A stretch of 64,000 bases of DNA from Camelus ferus (Eukaryota): NCBI RefSeq assembly GCF_009834535.1, contig NC_045698.1, positions 10,852,001 through 10,916,000 of the forward strand, given 5' to 3'. A model generated the notes under the pieces. That model was given only the letters and a program-made list of their open reading frames with translations. It was not told the DNA's origin and did not search any database. Each line of letters starts with the position of its first letter. Within the stretch, counting starts at the first letter, position 1. The translations under genes and the position numbers were made by a program. Shown here piece after piece: positions 37,291 through 51,170 of the stretch.

Positions 37291-39350
37291 GCCCTTCTGC
37301 TATTGTGTCTACCAATATCAGGTATATTTCCTTATTTATCTTCTGGTGACAAAGAAACCCACACTGACTGACACAGTGGAGAAAGTTTCATGGGGATGAT
37401 TCAAACCAGGGTGTAGAAAAATGAGGCACCAATGTGGGTGGTTGGCAAGGTTCATTCAAGGCTCCAAAGTCGTGGATGGGGCTTGAACCACTGTGTCTGG
37501 AAGACTTTCTTCTAAGCATCTTCTAGACCTTCTGCCGAGGTCTTTTTTTCTCCCCTTCCTCACGCAAATATTTAAGACTTTCCTCATGTGGAAGTCAAGT
37601 CAGCAAATAACAGAAGAATTATTTGCAGTGTGTGGCCTGCCCCGACATGGAGAATGTGGGTTTCCCCAAGTCATCATCCTTCTGTTGGCTCCTTGTCTTC
37701 ATCTGGGCAGCCCCTTTCATCCTGTCCTGGTGATGGGCCACTTCCTGGCTGCGTGGCCCCATCCAGGGGGGACCTGGCCTTTAGCTAAACCTCTGTGAGG
37801 TCGGAACCCTTGTTTTGTGAAGAACAAAAGAGTCTTATGCAAGGACATTCACAGGAAAGATGAACCCCCCGCGCCCTGTGCTGCCATGCATGGTTCCTAG
37901 AAATGGTAGGAACGGGCACTTTTAACAAAGCTCGTTCCTTACCGCTCCCACGACTTATCTGTTCTGACTCTGTGCTTCTCATTAACAGCAAATGGAAATG
38001 CTATGGGTAGATATGGGTCATCGTGGAAAAAATATCATAGCTGTCACTGCCTTCTATAATCTAGTCTTTCATTATACAAATCTCAGCCCTTATCTTTTTT
38101 CCCTCCTGAGTAAAGTGCTTTGGGGATGTGTGAGCGTGTGTTTATAAGTCTCAGCCAATAAAGACAAAGTTTGAGGAGGAAAATCCTATAATTTTAGAAT
38201 TCCAACTGTGAGAAAAGGAAAAAGGTCATTTTGATTAGGACGCCATGCACTGCAAATGGAAACTTCTGAATTTTGCTTAAATCCTCCCTCATCGGAAGAA
38301 ACACCCTTGTTCATTTGTTCCTTTCCGCCCTAATCTACAGAATGACATTTTCTTGGTTTGATCATTTCTTTATCAACGGCAGATGCATTTCCCCTCTTCC
38401 TTCAGTAAATAGCATTTTAATTCAAGAGTCTGTTGTTTAAACTGCGCTTTGCTAATGAGTCATCAAACGAGGGGAACTGGTGCGCTGTTAATTTTTTTTT
38501 TCAAAAGCGAACACATTGAGCCGTCTGGAGGGCATCTTCAGCCCACATGTAACTTGTTAAAGGTTCATTAAGGGACTCCAAAATTGAATTTGTTTGTGGA
38601 ACTAGTGTTTATGTTTCTCTAGTTGATGATTTATCACTTAAGTTACAGTAGCGCTTCTCATAAGACGCAGGCAGCCTGTGGACTGTGACTCAGACTTGCC
38701 CCTATTTCTTGGTGTCCTGGTTTTCAGGTCACCTGGATGTGGACCATCCCATTTGCTTGGAAGTTTCCTGGCTGCCATTCCAGAAGGAAATGTCCTTGTA
38801 AAGGCTGTATCTGTAACATAAGCAGTTTCAAGCACAGAGATTTAAGAGCAAATTAGTGGCTTACTTTGTCTGAAAAAGGAAACTAAAATGTCATGACAGT
38901 CTTTCATATGATGTGCTTAGCAGATTTGGGAAACCTTGGCAGTTTAGACGCTTCAAAACTGGAAAAATGCAATCTGCTAGCTCTGTTGTAGTTTGTCAAG
39001 CATTTGCATGCACGTAATTTTCTGGACCCTCAGAACAGCTCTGGGAGACAAGAAGAGGACTATTATTTCTTTATGTAAATGTGCCAACCAGGTTCCAGGA
39101 GGTCAGGAGCCTAGCCTTTCATTCACTTGGTTGTTGCAGACAGACGTTCTAAACGGCTGAAGCAGTTTGGAAAAAGTGCTTCAACTTCAAGACTGGTTAT
39201 TTCTCCATTTTCTCATTTTTAGCTAAGATTTTCTGTTCCCCGGATCACGGATGCCAATTTTAGAATTAAAGTTCTACTAGGAAATGGTTCTCACCTGTGG
39301 GTGTGAAGGTGGAAACTCCTCTCCTCTTTACAGTAGTTTCCATGTGAAGG

Positions 39351-39885
39351 TGTTAGGCAGTTAGATGGGAATGAGCACTCGCAAGCTGAGAGGAGGGGGG
39401 ACAGGACAATCTGGAAGATAGCAGTAGGCCTGCTCTCAGGATAAGGGGCTTCAAAGAGTTTGCTTTCTCTAAGTGAAGGCCAACAAAGAAGCCAGTTGGA
39501 TTTGAACATGGTGGCTGCACGGAGAAAGAAGGACCCAGCTTAACACGACCCAATGCTCATTATAATGTAACTAGCGCTGTAGTTTGGGCCCCCTCCTGTA
39601 GGTTTTTCTGTGTGCATCGTGGGGAAGAGCATGCACAAAAGAGATGGGCGTGCCTGAGCGCTCAAGCAATGTGAGCTGTCAGTCAATCACGAGAACAGGA
39701 GAGACCAAGGAGAGCCACCATTCTCCTGTCTTGGGTTGGCCTGCCTTCAGTTCTCTGGGGTGTACTATACTAACTTTTGCTGTACTAATAAAATTTTCTG
39801 TTTATGTCACACTGTCAGTCTCCAATTTAAATTTTTTCCTCAGATAAGACAAGGAACAGAGGCCTTTTTTTACCCTCCTCATGAT
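39351..39885 (+). mobile_element. Solo LTR, ERV1-type, family not recognised
   Basis: Starts TGTTAGG; contains 'ctcattataat', AATAAA at 39787 and a U5-like 'aattttttcctcagataagacaaggaac'; no internal ERV sequence adjacent. Confidence 0.65.
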
Positions 39886-40724
39886 AAGAAAGGGACTCCC
39901 ATTAGAGCAAAATTCTTGGACTAATACTTTGGCCTTCACTGAAAAAAGGTCTCATGAATTTTGGGGAAGTCACTGGGCGACTTACACCATTTTTTTTGAG
40001 GGGGATCAATATTAAAGATGAAAATCTGGTATCTGTGTCCTGGACCCAGTGTTTATACTCCACAGTTCTGAATTTAGTCTGGGAAGTTAGATGCCTGATT
40101 TTTATTAGAACTCCCATTTCCATCTCTTAACCTTGACCCACAAAACAGTAACAAAGGAGTTTTTCCCCTTGAATCAAATTGCTGGGTTGGCATCCATTTA
40201 CTTTTCAGATTTTTATGGTTGGGGGAGTGTGGCAAAACTGAAAGATGCCTTTAAAATGTGTCATTGATATGCTAGCTTATAACCAACTCGGGAATTTTTT
40301 TTTTTGGCAGGGGTAGTGACAGTGTCTTCTCCTTGGTAGCTTCCTGGACATAGTTTAGTCCCCATCGTTGAGTAGGTTGAGTTGGACTGAACAGGAGTTG
40401 TAGTTATAACTATGACTGCCTCTCTTTGTGTGCAACTATTCTAACTGAAAATTATACTATCTGTCCTTTTATATTGCTTAAAGAAATGATAAATATCTGT
40501 ATTGTTGATTGCATAAGTTAGAGTTGCTTGTTGCAGAATGCAAAATATATGAGTGACAAAAGAAAATTATCAACAGACATCAGAGCCAGCAGAATTGCAT
40601 TCGGTTTGCCATTTTCCCCTCAAACCATGGATAGACTGGCTTTGGAAAAAAGATGTGTTTGAAGAAAACTTCACTGAAGTTTTAAAAATAACTTTCAATG
40701 CTGTTTAAAAATATTTAAATTTTA

Positions 40725-41785
40725 CCTGTTCATCCACCAATAGACACTTTGGCCATTATAAATAGTGCTGCTATGAATAGGATTGTACAAATATCTTTTA
40801 GAGACCCCACTTTCAATTCTTTTGGGTATATGCTCAGAATTTAAATTGTTAGATCCTACAGTACTTTTATTTTTAGTTTTTTTTTTTAAAACTGTCATAC
40901 TGTTTTCTGCGGTGGCTGTACCATTTTGCATTTCCACCAACAGTGCACAAGGATCCCAGTTTCTCACATCCTCATCAATGCTTGTTGCTCTTTGTCTTTT
41001 GTTTTTTGATAGCAGGCGTCCTAATGAGCATGAGGTGGCATTTCATTGTGTTTTTGATTTCTGTTTCCCTAACGATTGGTGATGTTGAGCATCTTTTCAT
41101 GTGTTTATTGACCATTTGTACATCTTTGGAGAAATGTCTATTCAAGTCCTTCTCCAGTTTTGAATTTGTTTGTTGTTGAGTTGAGAAAGTTCTCTCTATA
41201 TTCTGAATATTAACCTCTTACCATATATATAACTTACATAGATTCTCTCCAATTTGGTGGGTTGTCTTTTCACTATGTTGATTGTTTCTTTTGATGAGTA
41301 AAAGTTTTAAAGTTCAATGTAGTCCCATTTGTTTATTTTTGCTTTTACTGCCTGTGCTTTCAGTGTCATATCCAAGACACTGTTGCCAAGTCCTTAGTCA
41401 TGAAAGTTTCCCTCTATGTTTTCTTCTAAGAGTGTTATAGTGTTCGTTATTATTTTCTGGTCTTTGATCCATTTTGAGTTAATTTTTTATATGTGGTGTA
41501 AAGTAAGGGTCCAGCTTCCTTCTTTTGCAAATGAGTATCAAGTTTTTCCAACACTACTTGTTGAAAAGATTGTCCTTTCCCCATTGGATAATATTGGCAC
41601 TCTAGTCAAAAATCAATTTTCCACACATACAGAGGTTTATTTCTGAGCTGTCTATTCTATTCCATTGTCCTAGATATCTAACTTTATGCCAGCACCACAC
41701 TATTCTGATTACTGTAGCTTTGTAATAAGTTTTGAACTCAAGAGTTGTGAGTCCTCCAACTTTGTTCTTTTCCAAGTTTTGGCTT
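40725..41785 (-). mobile_element. Old L1M ORF2 3' region
   Basis: ORF '[43 protein letters not shown]'; co-linear with the L1 at 1-900. Confidence 0.93.
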
Positions 41786-43099
41786 AACATTATTTTAAAA
41801 TCAAATTTATACTAAATTTACATCATAGTGGTTTTTATTCCCTACTTACTGGAAACAATTTCCCCTTGAAAGGGCTTTTCTGGCAATAAATTAATGGAAA
41901 TCTGTTGGCTATTTTAGGTACATTGTTTCTTTAAGATTACCAGGTCTGAGTCTGCTACCAATAAGTGATTGCATCTTCACACAAGTCACTTAACTTGATA
42001 AAGATCTTAGTTTCTCCCTCCAGTGAAACTTCAGTGAAATGTGACGATTGGACAAGATAAGCCTTAGAGTCTCTTTCAGCTTTTTTAAAAGTCCAAGTCT
42101 TTGCAAAGCAGATCTGCATTCTGCTATTTGCTGAAGGATTATTCCTTTTGATTTAATATAAATGCTCTACACTTGTTGAATCTTTTTGCTTGTTTATCAT
42201 GGCATGTGCCCAAATGATCTGCACATACATGCATATGTGAAATTCTTTCCTCCGATGAGCGTAACTGAGAATCTCAAATGTGGAGCCAACTGGGCTCCTA
42301 AGATGCGAAGACAAAGCAACTTTATTTTTTCTTATCACTTCCCATTAAACTTCATCTATGGAAGAGTTCTTTCTCAGCTTTGGTTAAAGTCTTGGGCATC
42401 TCAGCAGATCTTGTTTTTCTTAGATGATTAAAAGTTCACTCCAGTGGAAAAATCACATGATGTCATCTTTTCAGTTCTACTTTAGAGCTTCTCCTCTCCC
42501 CTGGTCCAGGGCAGTCTCTGACTCAGATGCCTCAGTAGGTGTCGGGGAGAGAAATGCTGACACTGTCACTGGCTGGCTCTCTCTTTTCAGTCTCCACCCC
42601 CTTCCTCACTCACTAGTTGCTCTTTGGAGCCATAGACGAAGAGAGATTAGAAGGAAAGATAAGGAAAGTTTTACTTTCCTGGTAGAATTGTAGTCTGGTA
42701 TTGGGTCCATCCAAGGTGGTAGCTTCCAGATGCTGATTCTTTTCTTGTTGCATGCATCCTTGTCCCTGCAAACTCTGAAAGTTCAGTTCATTATTTCACA
42801 GCCCACTTTCTCATCTTTAGGCAGGTGGAAATCAGGTAGCCATCTCCTTGACTCCCAAACTCTAGAGGATAGGGTTAGTCTATCCATGGAGTTCTCTTAA
42901 AACTCTTCTTAACTGGCTGACAGGGAAAGGAAGACAAGTAGAGCAGATCAGAGTACTGTCTGCAAAGAAGGTCCTCTTTACTGGATTCATCAAGACCCAG
43001 GGGGTGCTCTGTTTTCTTCTATACAGCCTGGAGGGAAGCAGAGGGTCCATGCCTACAAAGCTGTTTCATCTCTTGCCCCGTCCTTCCTGGGTGCTCAAG

Positions 43100-43260
43100 A
43101 CTCTTGCTATTCAAAGTATGGTCCTTGGACCACAGGCATTGGCTTCATTTGGGATCTTATGAAACATGCAAACATTGAACCCCAGTGCCACCTTACGGCA
43201 CCTGCATTGCAACAAGATACCCAAGTGATTCTGATACTCATTAAAATCTGAGAGCTAACG
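43100..43260. mobile_element. MER5A-like hAT element
   Basis: 'tcaaagtatggtccttggaccacaggcattggcttcatttggga...aacaagatacccaagtgattctgat...ttaaaatctgaga'. Confidence 0.85.
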
Positions 43261-44846
43261 ATCAAGAACTTAGAGTGGATGATGCCTATAAAAGTGCTTA
43301 GGAACTTCTGCTGAGACGGGCAGACTGATACACACACATGTACCATAAGGTCCTAAATAATGAAATACTGAGACAGGAAATGGGTGAAAAATGAACTAAA
43401 AGAAAAGATGAGGTGGCACATTTTTTACACAAATTATGTCACATGGGATATATTTTAGGGTTAGCAAGAGTCTCATCTGATGCCATCACATTGGCATGTG
43501 CAGAAGTTTTATTTTCAGCCGTGTCTCAGTTGCATTCTGTTTTCCCCCCGTCTTTTCTTAATTGCTTTTTTTCCCTATCATGTCTCAGTCTTCACCCTCG
43601 TAAACCCCTGATTCTAAGTCAGCAGTTTGGGTTCTTTATTTGTTTAAGTCATATGATTCAGGGATTTCTTTCTGTAAACTTGGTAAACTTTTCCATATTT
43701 CCAGTTACATTGTTAGTGGGTTTGGAGGATTTTTTTCCATTTATAGAACCCTTATTGAAGTTGTTGCATCTTGGAATTGTTAACTATTCAGTTATGTGTC
43801 ATAAAAATATGGTCGTGTGTGTGTGTTTGTGCACGCGCACGCATGTGTGTGTGTGTGCATGTAAAGAGAATAATTACAAAGAAATTCCCTGAATTAGAAG
43901 TTTTGTTGTTGAGGTTAAATAAAACTGCAATTTGTTGATTTGTCAGTGGGCCAGTGTGCACTGCTTACACATTAGAAACATACACAGTTCAACATTTTTG
44001 TTTCCTTTAATTTTAACTGACTTATCTGAAAAGCTTTGGGCTGGACTTAATTTCTGTACACCATCTGTTTTAACCACTATATTTTAGGCCATTCTGTTCG
44101 GCTCAGGCACATGGGGTTATTATTTCCCCATCACTCATCTGAATGTAGTATTTATATTGCATTTTGTCCAATTAAACTTGTTTTGATATACTTTCATCTC
44201 CTCTTCCTTCTTTTTCATCTTCTTCTTCATCATCTTTTATTTCATCTTCTTTTCCTCTTGCTCCTCCTCCTTCTTCTGGCAAATAAATCCTTTACCTTTG
44301 TTTACAATTCTTAATAGTTGAGGAAGTTTAAGGTAAGCAAACAAGGATTTCTTCCAGTTCCCTTTCTCAGATTAATGTAGGTCTCTCAGAAAAATATTTG
44401 AGAGAATTATATGCAACTGAGGAAGCATTTAAATATTGTTTCCTCACCAGAGATGCTCAGATCCACAGCTTTATCTCTAATGATGGAATCATGAGAGAGA
44501 AGCGTTGTTTCCTGTTAAAATTACTTGGCCATCAAGAAAGCTGATAGGCTGCTTGGCAAGGGTTTCCTTCTTCCTGGGCCATCAGGCAGGCCCAGGGGAG
44601 GAGGGCGGGTTGGGAGGAGTGTGTTCTCTTTCCAGAAACTTTGACACTGTCCTAGTTAATTTGCTGCCTTCCCTACTATGCAATAAGTCCTGTCCCATTT
44701 GTAACACTCTTTTAAAAAAGTAGGAAATCATGGCCTGGGGCTGGGTCTAAGTGAGGTCAAGTTTCCATTCGGGAGAGGAGCAGGGTTGTGTGGGTTTCCC
44801 AGTGGGGAAAAGTGGGTAATAAGAACCTTACTTTGCATGTGACTGT

Positions 44847-44957
<111 letters not shown>

Positions 44958-45378
44958 TTTCTTTCTTTCTTTCTTTCTCTCTCTCTTCTTTCCTTTCTTC
45001 CTTCTTCTTTTCTGTCTTTCTTCCTCCACCTTCTCCTCCTCTTCTTTTTTGTTTAATAGACTTTCTTTTCTAGTCTTATTGATGTCACTCATGATTTCTG
45101 CCTCCTACCTGTTTTGGATGCAACTACAGCAGATATCTGGTGCCCCAGACATATCCTTGCAACCATTCTAGGGGTTACCTACCAGTAATACCTGTACACT
45201 TAGATGGTTCTGTGTATCTCTCTGCCTGAGTGTGGTCTCTGGTAGAGGGAACGAAACAGAAGCCAAGGTAAGTAAGGCTTCATGAAGGAACCTTATCTAA
45301 TAAGGGATGAGAGTTGGTTGACAATCACCCCAGCTTCCTTGCCCATTGGATGGGCCAGTTCTGTGCTGGGGCTTACAC

Positions 45379-45584
45379 CAGCACTGTCCAACAGAACCTT
45401 CTGTGATGGTGGAAACATTCTGTCACCTGTCCTGTCCAATAGGATAGCTATTAGCCACACTTGGCTACAGAGCCTTTGGAATGTGGCTACTGAGAATAAA
45501 GAACTGAATTTTAAATTTTAGTTAATTTAAATTCAAATTTAAATAGCCACACATGACTAGTGGCTACCATGTTGGACAGTGCAC
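45379..45584. mobile_element. MER3-like hAT element
   Basis: TIRs gcactgtccaac...gttggacagtgc; 'tttaaatagccacacatgactagtggctacc'. Confidence 0.9.
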
Positions 45585-45724
45585 ACACACCATCTCTCAG
45601 AGTCCTGGGCAGGACTCAGCATCAGTTGCCTGTTGTGTTTACCCACGTAGCATACCCCTCGCTGGCTTTCCTCCTTTCCTGTCTCATGTTCTCACTCCTC
45701 CATAATCCCTGGAATTATCTCCTC

Positions 45725-46216
45725 TGATGGTTGGCTTTACGTATCAACTTGATTGGGCTAAGGGATGCCACAATAGCTGCTAAAACATTATTTCTGGGTT
45801 GTCTGTGAGGGTGTTTCCAGAAAAGACTAGCGTTTGAATCCACAGACTGAGTAAAGATCACTCACACCAAAGCAGGTAGGCATCAGCCAATCTGTCAAGG
45901 GCCTGGCTAGAACCAAAAGGTGGAGGAGGTGTCAGCGTACATGCCCCTTCAGCTGGGGCATCCGTCTTCTTCTGCCCTAAGTTCTGTGCTACTTTCTTGG
46001 CCCTTCTGACTCGGACTGGGACATACATCATTGGCTCCATGAGTCCTCAGGCTTTTGATTTGGACTGGAACTACACTACTGGCTTTCCAGGGAGTCAACT
46101 TGCACATGGTGGACCATCAGATTTTTCAGCCTCCACAATCATTTGAACTAAGCTGTCATATTACAGTAAATCTCTTTCTGTGTATATCCTAATTTTCATA
46201 TTTCTCTAGAGAAGCC
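45725..46216 (+). mobile_element. ERVL LTR, MLT2B/D-like
   Basis: 'tgatggttggctttacgtatcaacttgattgggctaagggatgcc...aaaacattatttctggg...tttctctagagaagcc'. Confidence 0.88.
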
Positions 46217-47264
46217 TTCCCTTCTTCCCCCAAAACTACTGGGGGGGAAATTCTTTTCTCAGGATCTGTTCTGAGGGGACCCCAACCTAAGAAATACTTG
46301 CACTCAGCCTAAGTCCCATTCTGTTTCTCTGCTAATGTCTCTGAAGTTCATCATACACCTCTGTGCTCCTGCAACCCAGTGGGTCTAAGTGTATTATGAT
46401 GTCGATGTGGGACTCTCCCCACACACAGCACAGGCATAAATAGAACGCTGTGATGAGTGGAAACAAGCTTCAGATGATTGTTTACATTCTCATGGGCTGC
46501 CTTTTGAGACTCTGGTGTGTGCTACAGATGAAATACAGAAGACATAATTTTCTTTATTTTCCCTGACTTTTGTTTTATTACCATAGAAATGCACAGAAAT
46601 CAGATGACTTACATATGCTCTGGAGCTTTTGCTGTAGGTCACATACATCTCTTATAGGGAAATAAAAAGATAAGATGAAATAGAAATGGCTATTGCATAT
46701 TCAAAGGAAGACACTTTTCAAAAGACTAAAACAGTCTTACTTGCGAAGAAAAACATGTTACCTTGTTCAAACTAACCATTTCTAAGTTCCCTACCTGCTT
46801 AGGAATGATGTTTGCTATAGAGAAAGCAAAGGCACAGGTGAACACACCTTGAGCTTTGAACATACTTGATGCTCCCTCCCCAGCACATCTCTTGGTGCCC
46901 CTCCAGTCTCACTGTGCACGTAGTCTTGCTCTGTCTGTACTCACTTCTTGGTCTGTTGGGTATTTGTATTAATGTACAGCAGATTTACTGAGTGCAAGAA
47001 TTCCTAAGCCAAAGTTCACTTTGGCATTCCTATAACCATGCAGGAAGCTTTGATGATGTGAGGGGGATTCCTGAATTAAACTCAGGTGATGATTAACCAG
47101 CCAAGAAAAGTATTTTACTTTCAGGAAGCAATAAGCTGTTTGTCACTTTAAGATGATAACATTAAAATAAACATAAAGGCACATTACTTTTGAATATGTT
47201 TGAGATTTCCTGTTATCTGTTGTCATTTTATAATTTTTTCCTGTTACTTTTATTCCTTATTTAT

Positions 47265-48475
47265 TCTAATCCTAAAATCGGAAAGGAGGAAGCAAATGAG
47301 ACATTATTGTCAGATGACATAACTGTGTACAGAAAAAATCCTAAAGAATGTACAAAATGTTAGAATTCACAAGTGAACTTAGCAAGCCTTCTCAATTATA
47401 TTTCTTTTAGTATATATATATATATATTATTGAGGTATAATTGACATACAATATTATATTAGTTTCAGAAGTACAACATAGTGATTTAATCAATTATATT
47501 TCTATACATTAGCAACAAACAAAGAAAAATTAAAGAAGACTCTATAAATGAAAAGGCATTGACTGGAAAATTCAATATTATTAAGACACTAATCATCCCC
47601 AAATTGTTTCTTAAAGTAAAGCAATACCATTCCACATCCAAGTAAAAAGTTTTGTGTGTGTGCAGAACTTGACAAGCTGATTACAAAATTTATTTGGAAG
47701 TGCAAAAGGCCAAGAGCACATTAGGCAGTCTTGAAAAAGGTGGCAAAACTGGAGTACTTAACCTAAAGCTATGGGAATCACAGCTGTGGTGTTGGATATA
47801 AGAAAAGATAAAATTGTCCAATAGAAGAGAAGAGCACCCACAAACAGACCATGATGTACACTTTTATCTGACTTATGGTAAATTCAACACTGCAGTGCAG
47901 TGAAAAAAAAAAAAAAAGGATCGTCTATTGGATAGTGATATGGAAAAGAAATGTATGTTACCCCTACCTCACACCATACAGAAAGTAAATTCCAGGTGCT
48001 TTGTAGATTGAAGTGTGAAAGCTTCTACAAAACAATAAAGCTTCTAAAGGCCAAACATTTAAATTTCATTTTCCTGACCATGGCATTGGTAAATATTTCT
48101 TTGAAAAAAGTATCCAACATCAAATAAAAACTGATACACTGGACCATGTTAAAATCAGAAACTTCTGTTTACAAAGGTCATCACTGAAAGGGTGAATATT
48201 CAACTCAGAGTGAGGAAAGATATTTGTAATATATATATTCAGAGTATATGCATTCAGAAAGAATGCAGCAAATAAGAAAGAAAAATAGAAACAACCAGTA
48301 GAAAAGTGGGTAAGAGACATTGCAAAAGAGGGAATCTGAATGGCCAATAAACATGAAAAGTGCTCAGCCTCATTAGTTATTGACAAAATGCAAAATACAA
48401 TCACAGTGAGACACTACAGTACATGTATCAGAATAGCTAAAATGAACAAAGAATGGAAATGCCAAGTGTTGGCTT
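47265..48475 (+). mobile_element. Degraded old L1M (ORF2 3' region) containing an 84-bp antisense L1 tail (47406-47489)
   Basis: 'gaacttgacaagctgattacaaaatttatttggaagtgcaaaaggccaaga', 'ggccaataaacatgaaaagtgctcagcctcattagt'; insert TSD tcaattatatttct 47392-47405 / 47490-47503. Confidence 0.85.
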
Positions 48476-49399
48476 TTTGTTTGGAATGTTTAAAGTTTAC
48501 AGACTATTTCAGTTATCTGTGTGATCTCACCTTTTGTCAGGGATAATAAGTTAGATGTTTGTTTAACAGATGAAAATAGGACAGCATCCATTGTTGGAGT
48601 CCACAGCTTCCATGTACATTTCAGTTAGGTTTTCATCTGAAGTGTTAAATGCAGACATGTGTTTTCTTTAAATCCGTGGAGGAACTGAATCCTGGAATTA
48701 CTCAAAAGTTTGTTTCTGCCAGATATTTAAAGTTGACAAAGGAATCTATTTAATCCCTTTTGTTGAGATCAATGACACAATAATCTGATATTTTATTCTC
48801 TCAAAGTCCACTTCAAAGATATTTTGATAAAGATAATTAATATGTTATGTACGTGGTTAGAATTCTCAAAAAAGAAAGTATTTTCTTTCTTTTTCTTTTT
48901 CTCTTTCTTTTATCTCCCTTAATTTTTTTTCTCTTTCTCCTTTTCTTTCTTAAATTCACTTGACTGGAGTGAGAAAAATAATCTCCTGATTGTATTCTAA
49001 CCAGTAAGTTTCTCTCTTGTTCAAACACTTTTTCCTTCATTTGCTCTTCCTCTTTCACACATACACAAAAATGTTGGATAAATTTTGTATTCTCCTATCC
49101 CATATTCATCACTGGATTTTCCTATGTATCTCACTGTCTGTTTAATCCAATCCCAGTTTAGCTTTATAGTAATTTTTTCTCACTTCTTGTGCTTTAGTCA
49201 CAGCCTTGCTTGGGATGCCCCAAACCTGCTTGGTCTCCGAATCTCCCCTACTTTTGCTTATAATGCTTCCTTCCTTTGCTGGGGGATGGCTCCCAGCATC
49301 TCCCTCCCTTCCACTTGCCACAGGTAGATTTTTTCTTCAGGGTCACATTCACATTCTCAGAAGCTGTCTTCATTGTTTTCTCTCTAGCTCTGCCCTAGA

Positions 49400-49572
49400 A
49401 TCTTTTAGTGCATTCTTACAGCATTTACCCCTCAGTCTGTGCTTGGATTAATTCCACTTTAAAAAATGAACTTATCCTATAGTAAAATTGCATCTCTTGT
49501 TGATGTTGATAATTCCTTAGTATCTAGCATAGTACCTTGCACATAGCAGGTGCCTAAAATATATTTATTGTT
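49400..49572 (+). mobile_element. L2 3' end
   Basis: 'tccttagtatctagcatagtaccttgcacatagcaggtgcctaaaatatatttattg'. Confidence 0.7.
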
Positions 49573-49915
49573 GCCATTTGCTGATTTATTTTGAGACATT
49601 TAAATTGATAAAATGTGTGCTATTAATATTCTCAAAACTTTAAGCATTTGAGGAAATATTATGATTGAAGGGCTTCTAGGGTGTTTGTTAAAAGCATTCT
49701 GAATCATATATATTGGTTAGTGTGGCTGAATGACAGAGTGGTACAGCCTTGACTCTGGTAATCTGTTTGCATTAAAACATTTCTGATGCCAGGAAACCCA
49801 CATCAATAATTCAGGCAAATAAGAGAGAAATGGCCAATCCAAATGATAGATTAATTAAACTATATTTTGTTACTATCAAGTACACACAACTACTTGGTTT
49901 AGGTATATTAAATTT

Positions 49916-51170
49916 TTTTCCTTAAATTTTTTTTATTAAAATATAGTTGGTGTACAATATAGTGATTCACAATTTTTAAAGGTTATACTCCATTTATAGT
50001 TATTATAAAACATTGGCTATATTCCCTGTGTTGTACAATATATCTTTGTAGCTTATTTTATACATAATAGTTTATACCTCTTAATCCCCTACCCTTTTAT
50101 AACCCCTCCCCCCCTTGTCTCTTCCCACTGGTAGCCACTAGTTTTTATCCATATCTGTGAGTCTGCTTATTTTTTAAAAATTATATTCACTAGTTTGTTG
50201 TAATTTTTAGATTCCACATATAAGTGATATCACGTAGTATTTGTCTTTCTCTGTCTGACTTATTTCATAATGCATTCTAAGTCATTCCATGTTATTGCAA
50301 ATGACAAAATTGTATTATTTTTTATGGCTGAGTAGTATTCCATTATATGTACATACCACATTTTCTTTATCCATTCATCTCTTGATAGACACTTAGGTTG
50401 ATTCCATACCTTGGCAGTTATAAATAATGCTATTATGAACGTTAGGGTTAGTGTATATTTTCAAATTCATGTTTTGGGTTTTGGATACATGTTCAGGAGT
50501 GGAATTGCTGGGTTATATGGTGGTTCTACTTCTAGTTTTTTGAGAAACGTCCATACTGTTTTCTATAGTTGTTACACCAATTTACATTCCCACCAACAGT
50601 GTATGAGGTTTCCCTTTTTTTTGCATCCTTGCCAACATTTGTTATTTGTGTTCTTTTTGATGATAGCCATTCTGACAGGTGATATCTCATTGTGGTGAGG
50701 TGAGATGCTATCTCATCGTGGTTCTGATTTGTATTTCTCTGATGATTAGCAATGTTGAACATCTTTTTATGTGTGTGTTGGTCATCTGCATTTCCTCTCT
50801 GAGAAAATGTTTATTCAGTTCTTCTGTCTATTTTTCAATCGGGTTATTTGTTTTTGATGTCAAGTTGTATGAGCTGCTTATATATGCTGCATATTAACCC
50901 TTCATAAGTCATATCATTTGCAAATATTTCCTCCCATTCAGTAGGTTGTCTTTTCATTTCCCTGATGGCTTTCTTTACTATGCAAAAGCTTTTAAGTTTA
51001 ATTAGGTCCCATTTGTTTATTTTTGCTTTTATTTCCTTTGCTTTAGGAAACAGATCCAAAAAAATATTGCTATGATTTATGTCAGAGAGTGTTCTGCCTA
51101 TGTTTTTTCTCTAGGAGTTTTATAGTATCTGGTCTTACATTTAGGTCTTAATCCATTTTGAGTTTATTTT
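49916..51170 (-). mobile_element. L1 3' end (~1.25 kb) with 10-bp TSD
   Basis: ORF 'PKAKEIKAKINKWDLIKLKSFC...MKRQPTEWEEIFAN'; TSD tattaaattt 49906-49915 / 51171-51180. Confidence 0.96.

Larger units (their letters stand above)
45170..46291 (+). mobile_element. ERVL LTR16-like LTR split by MER3 and MLT2 (5' boundary uncertain)
   Basis: 'gagttggttgacaatcaccccagcttccttgccc', 'tggctttcctcctttcctgtctca', ending 'tctcaggatctgttctgaggggaccccaacctaaga'. Confidence 0.7.
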
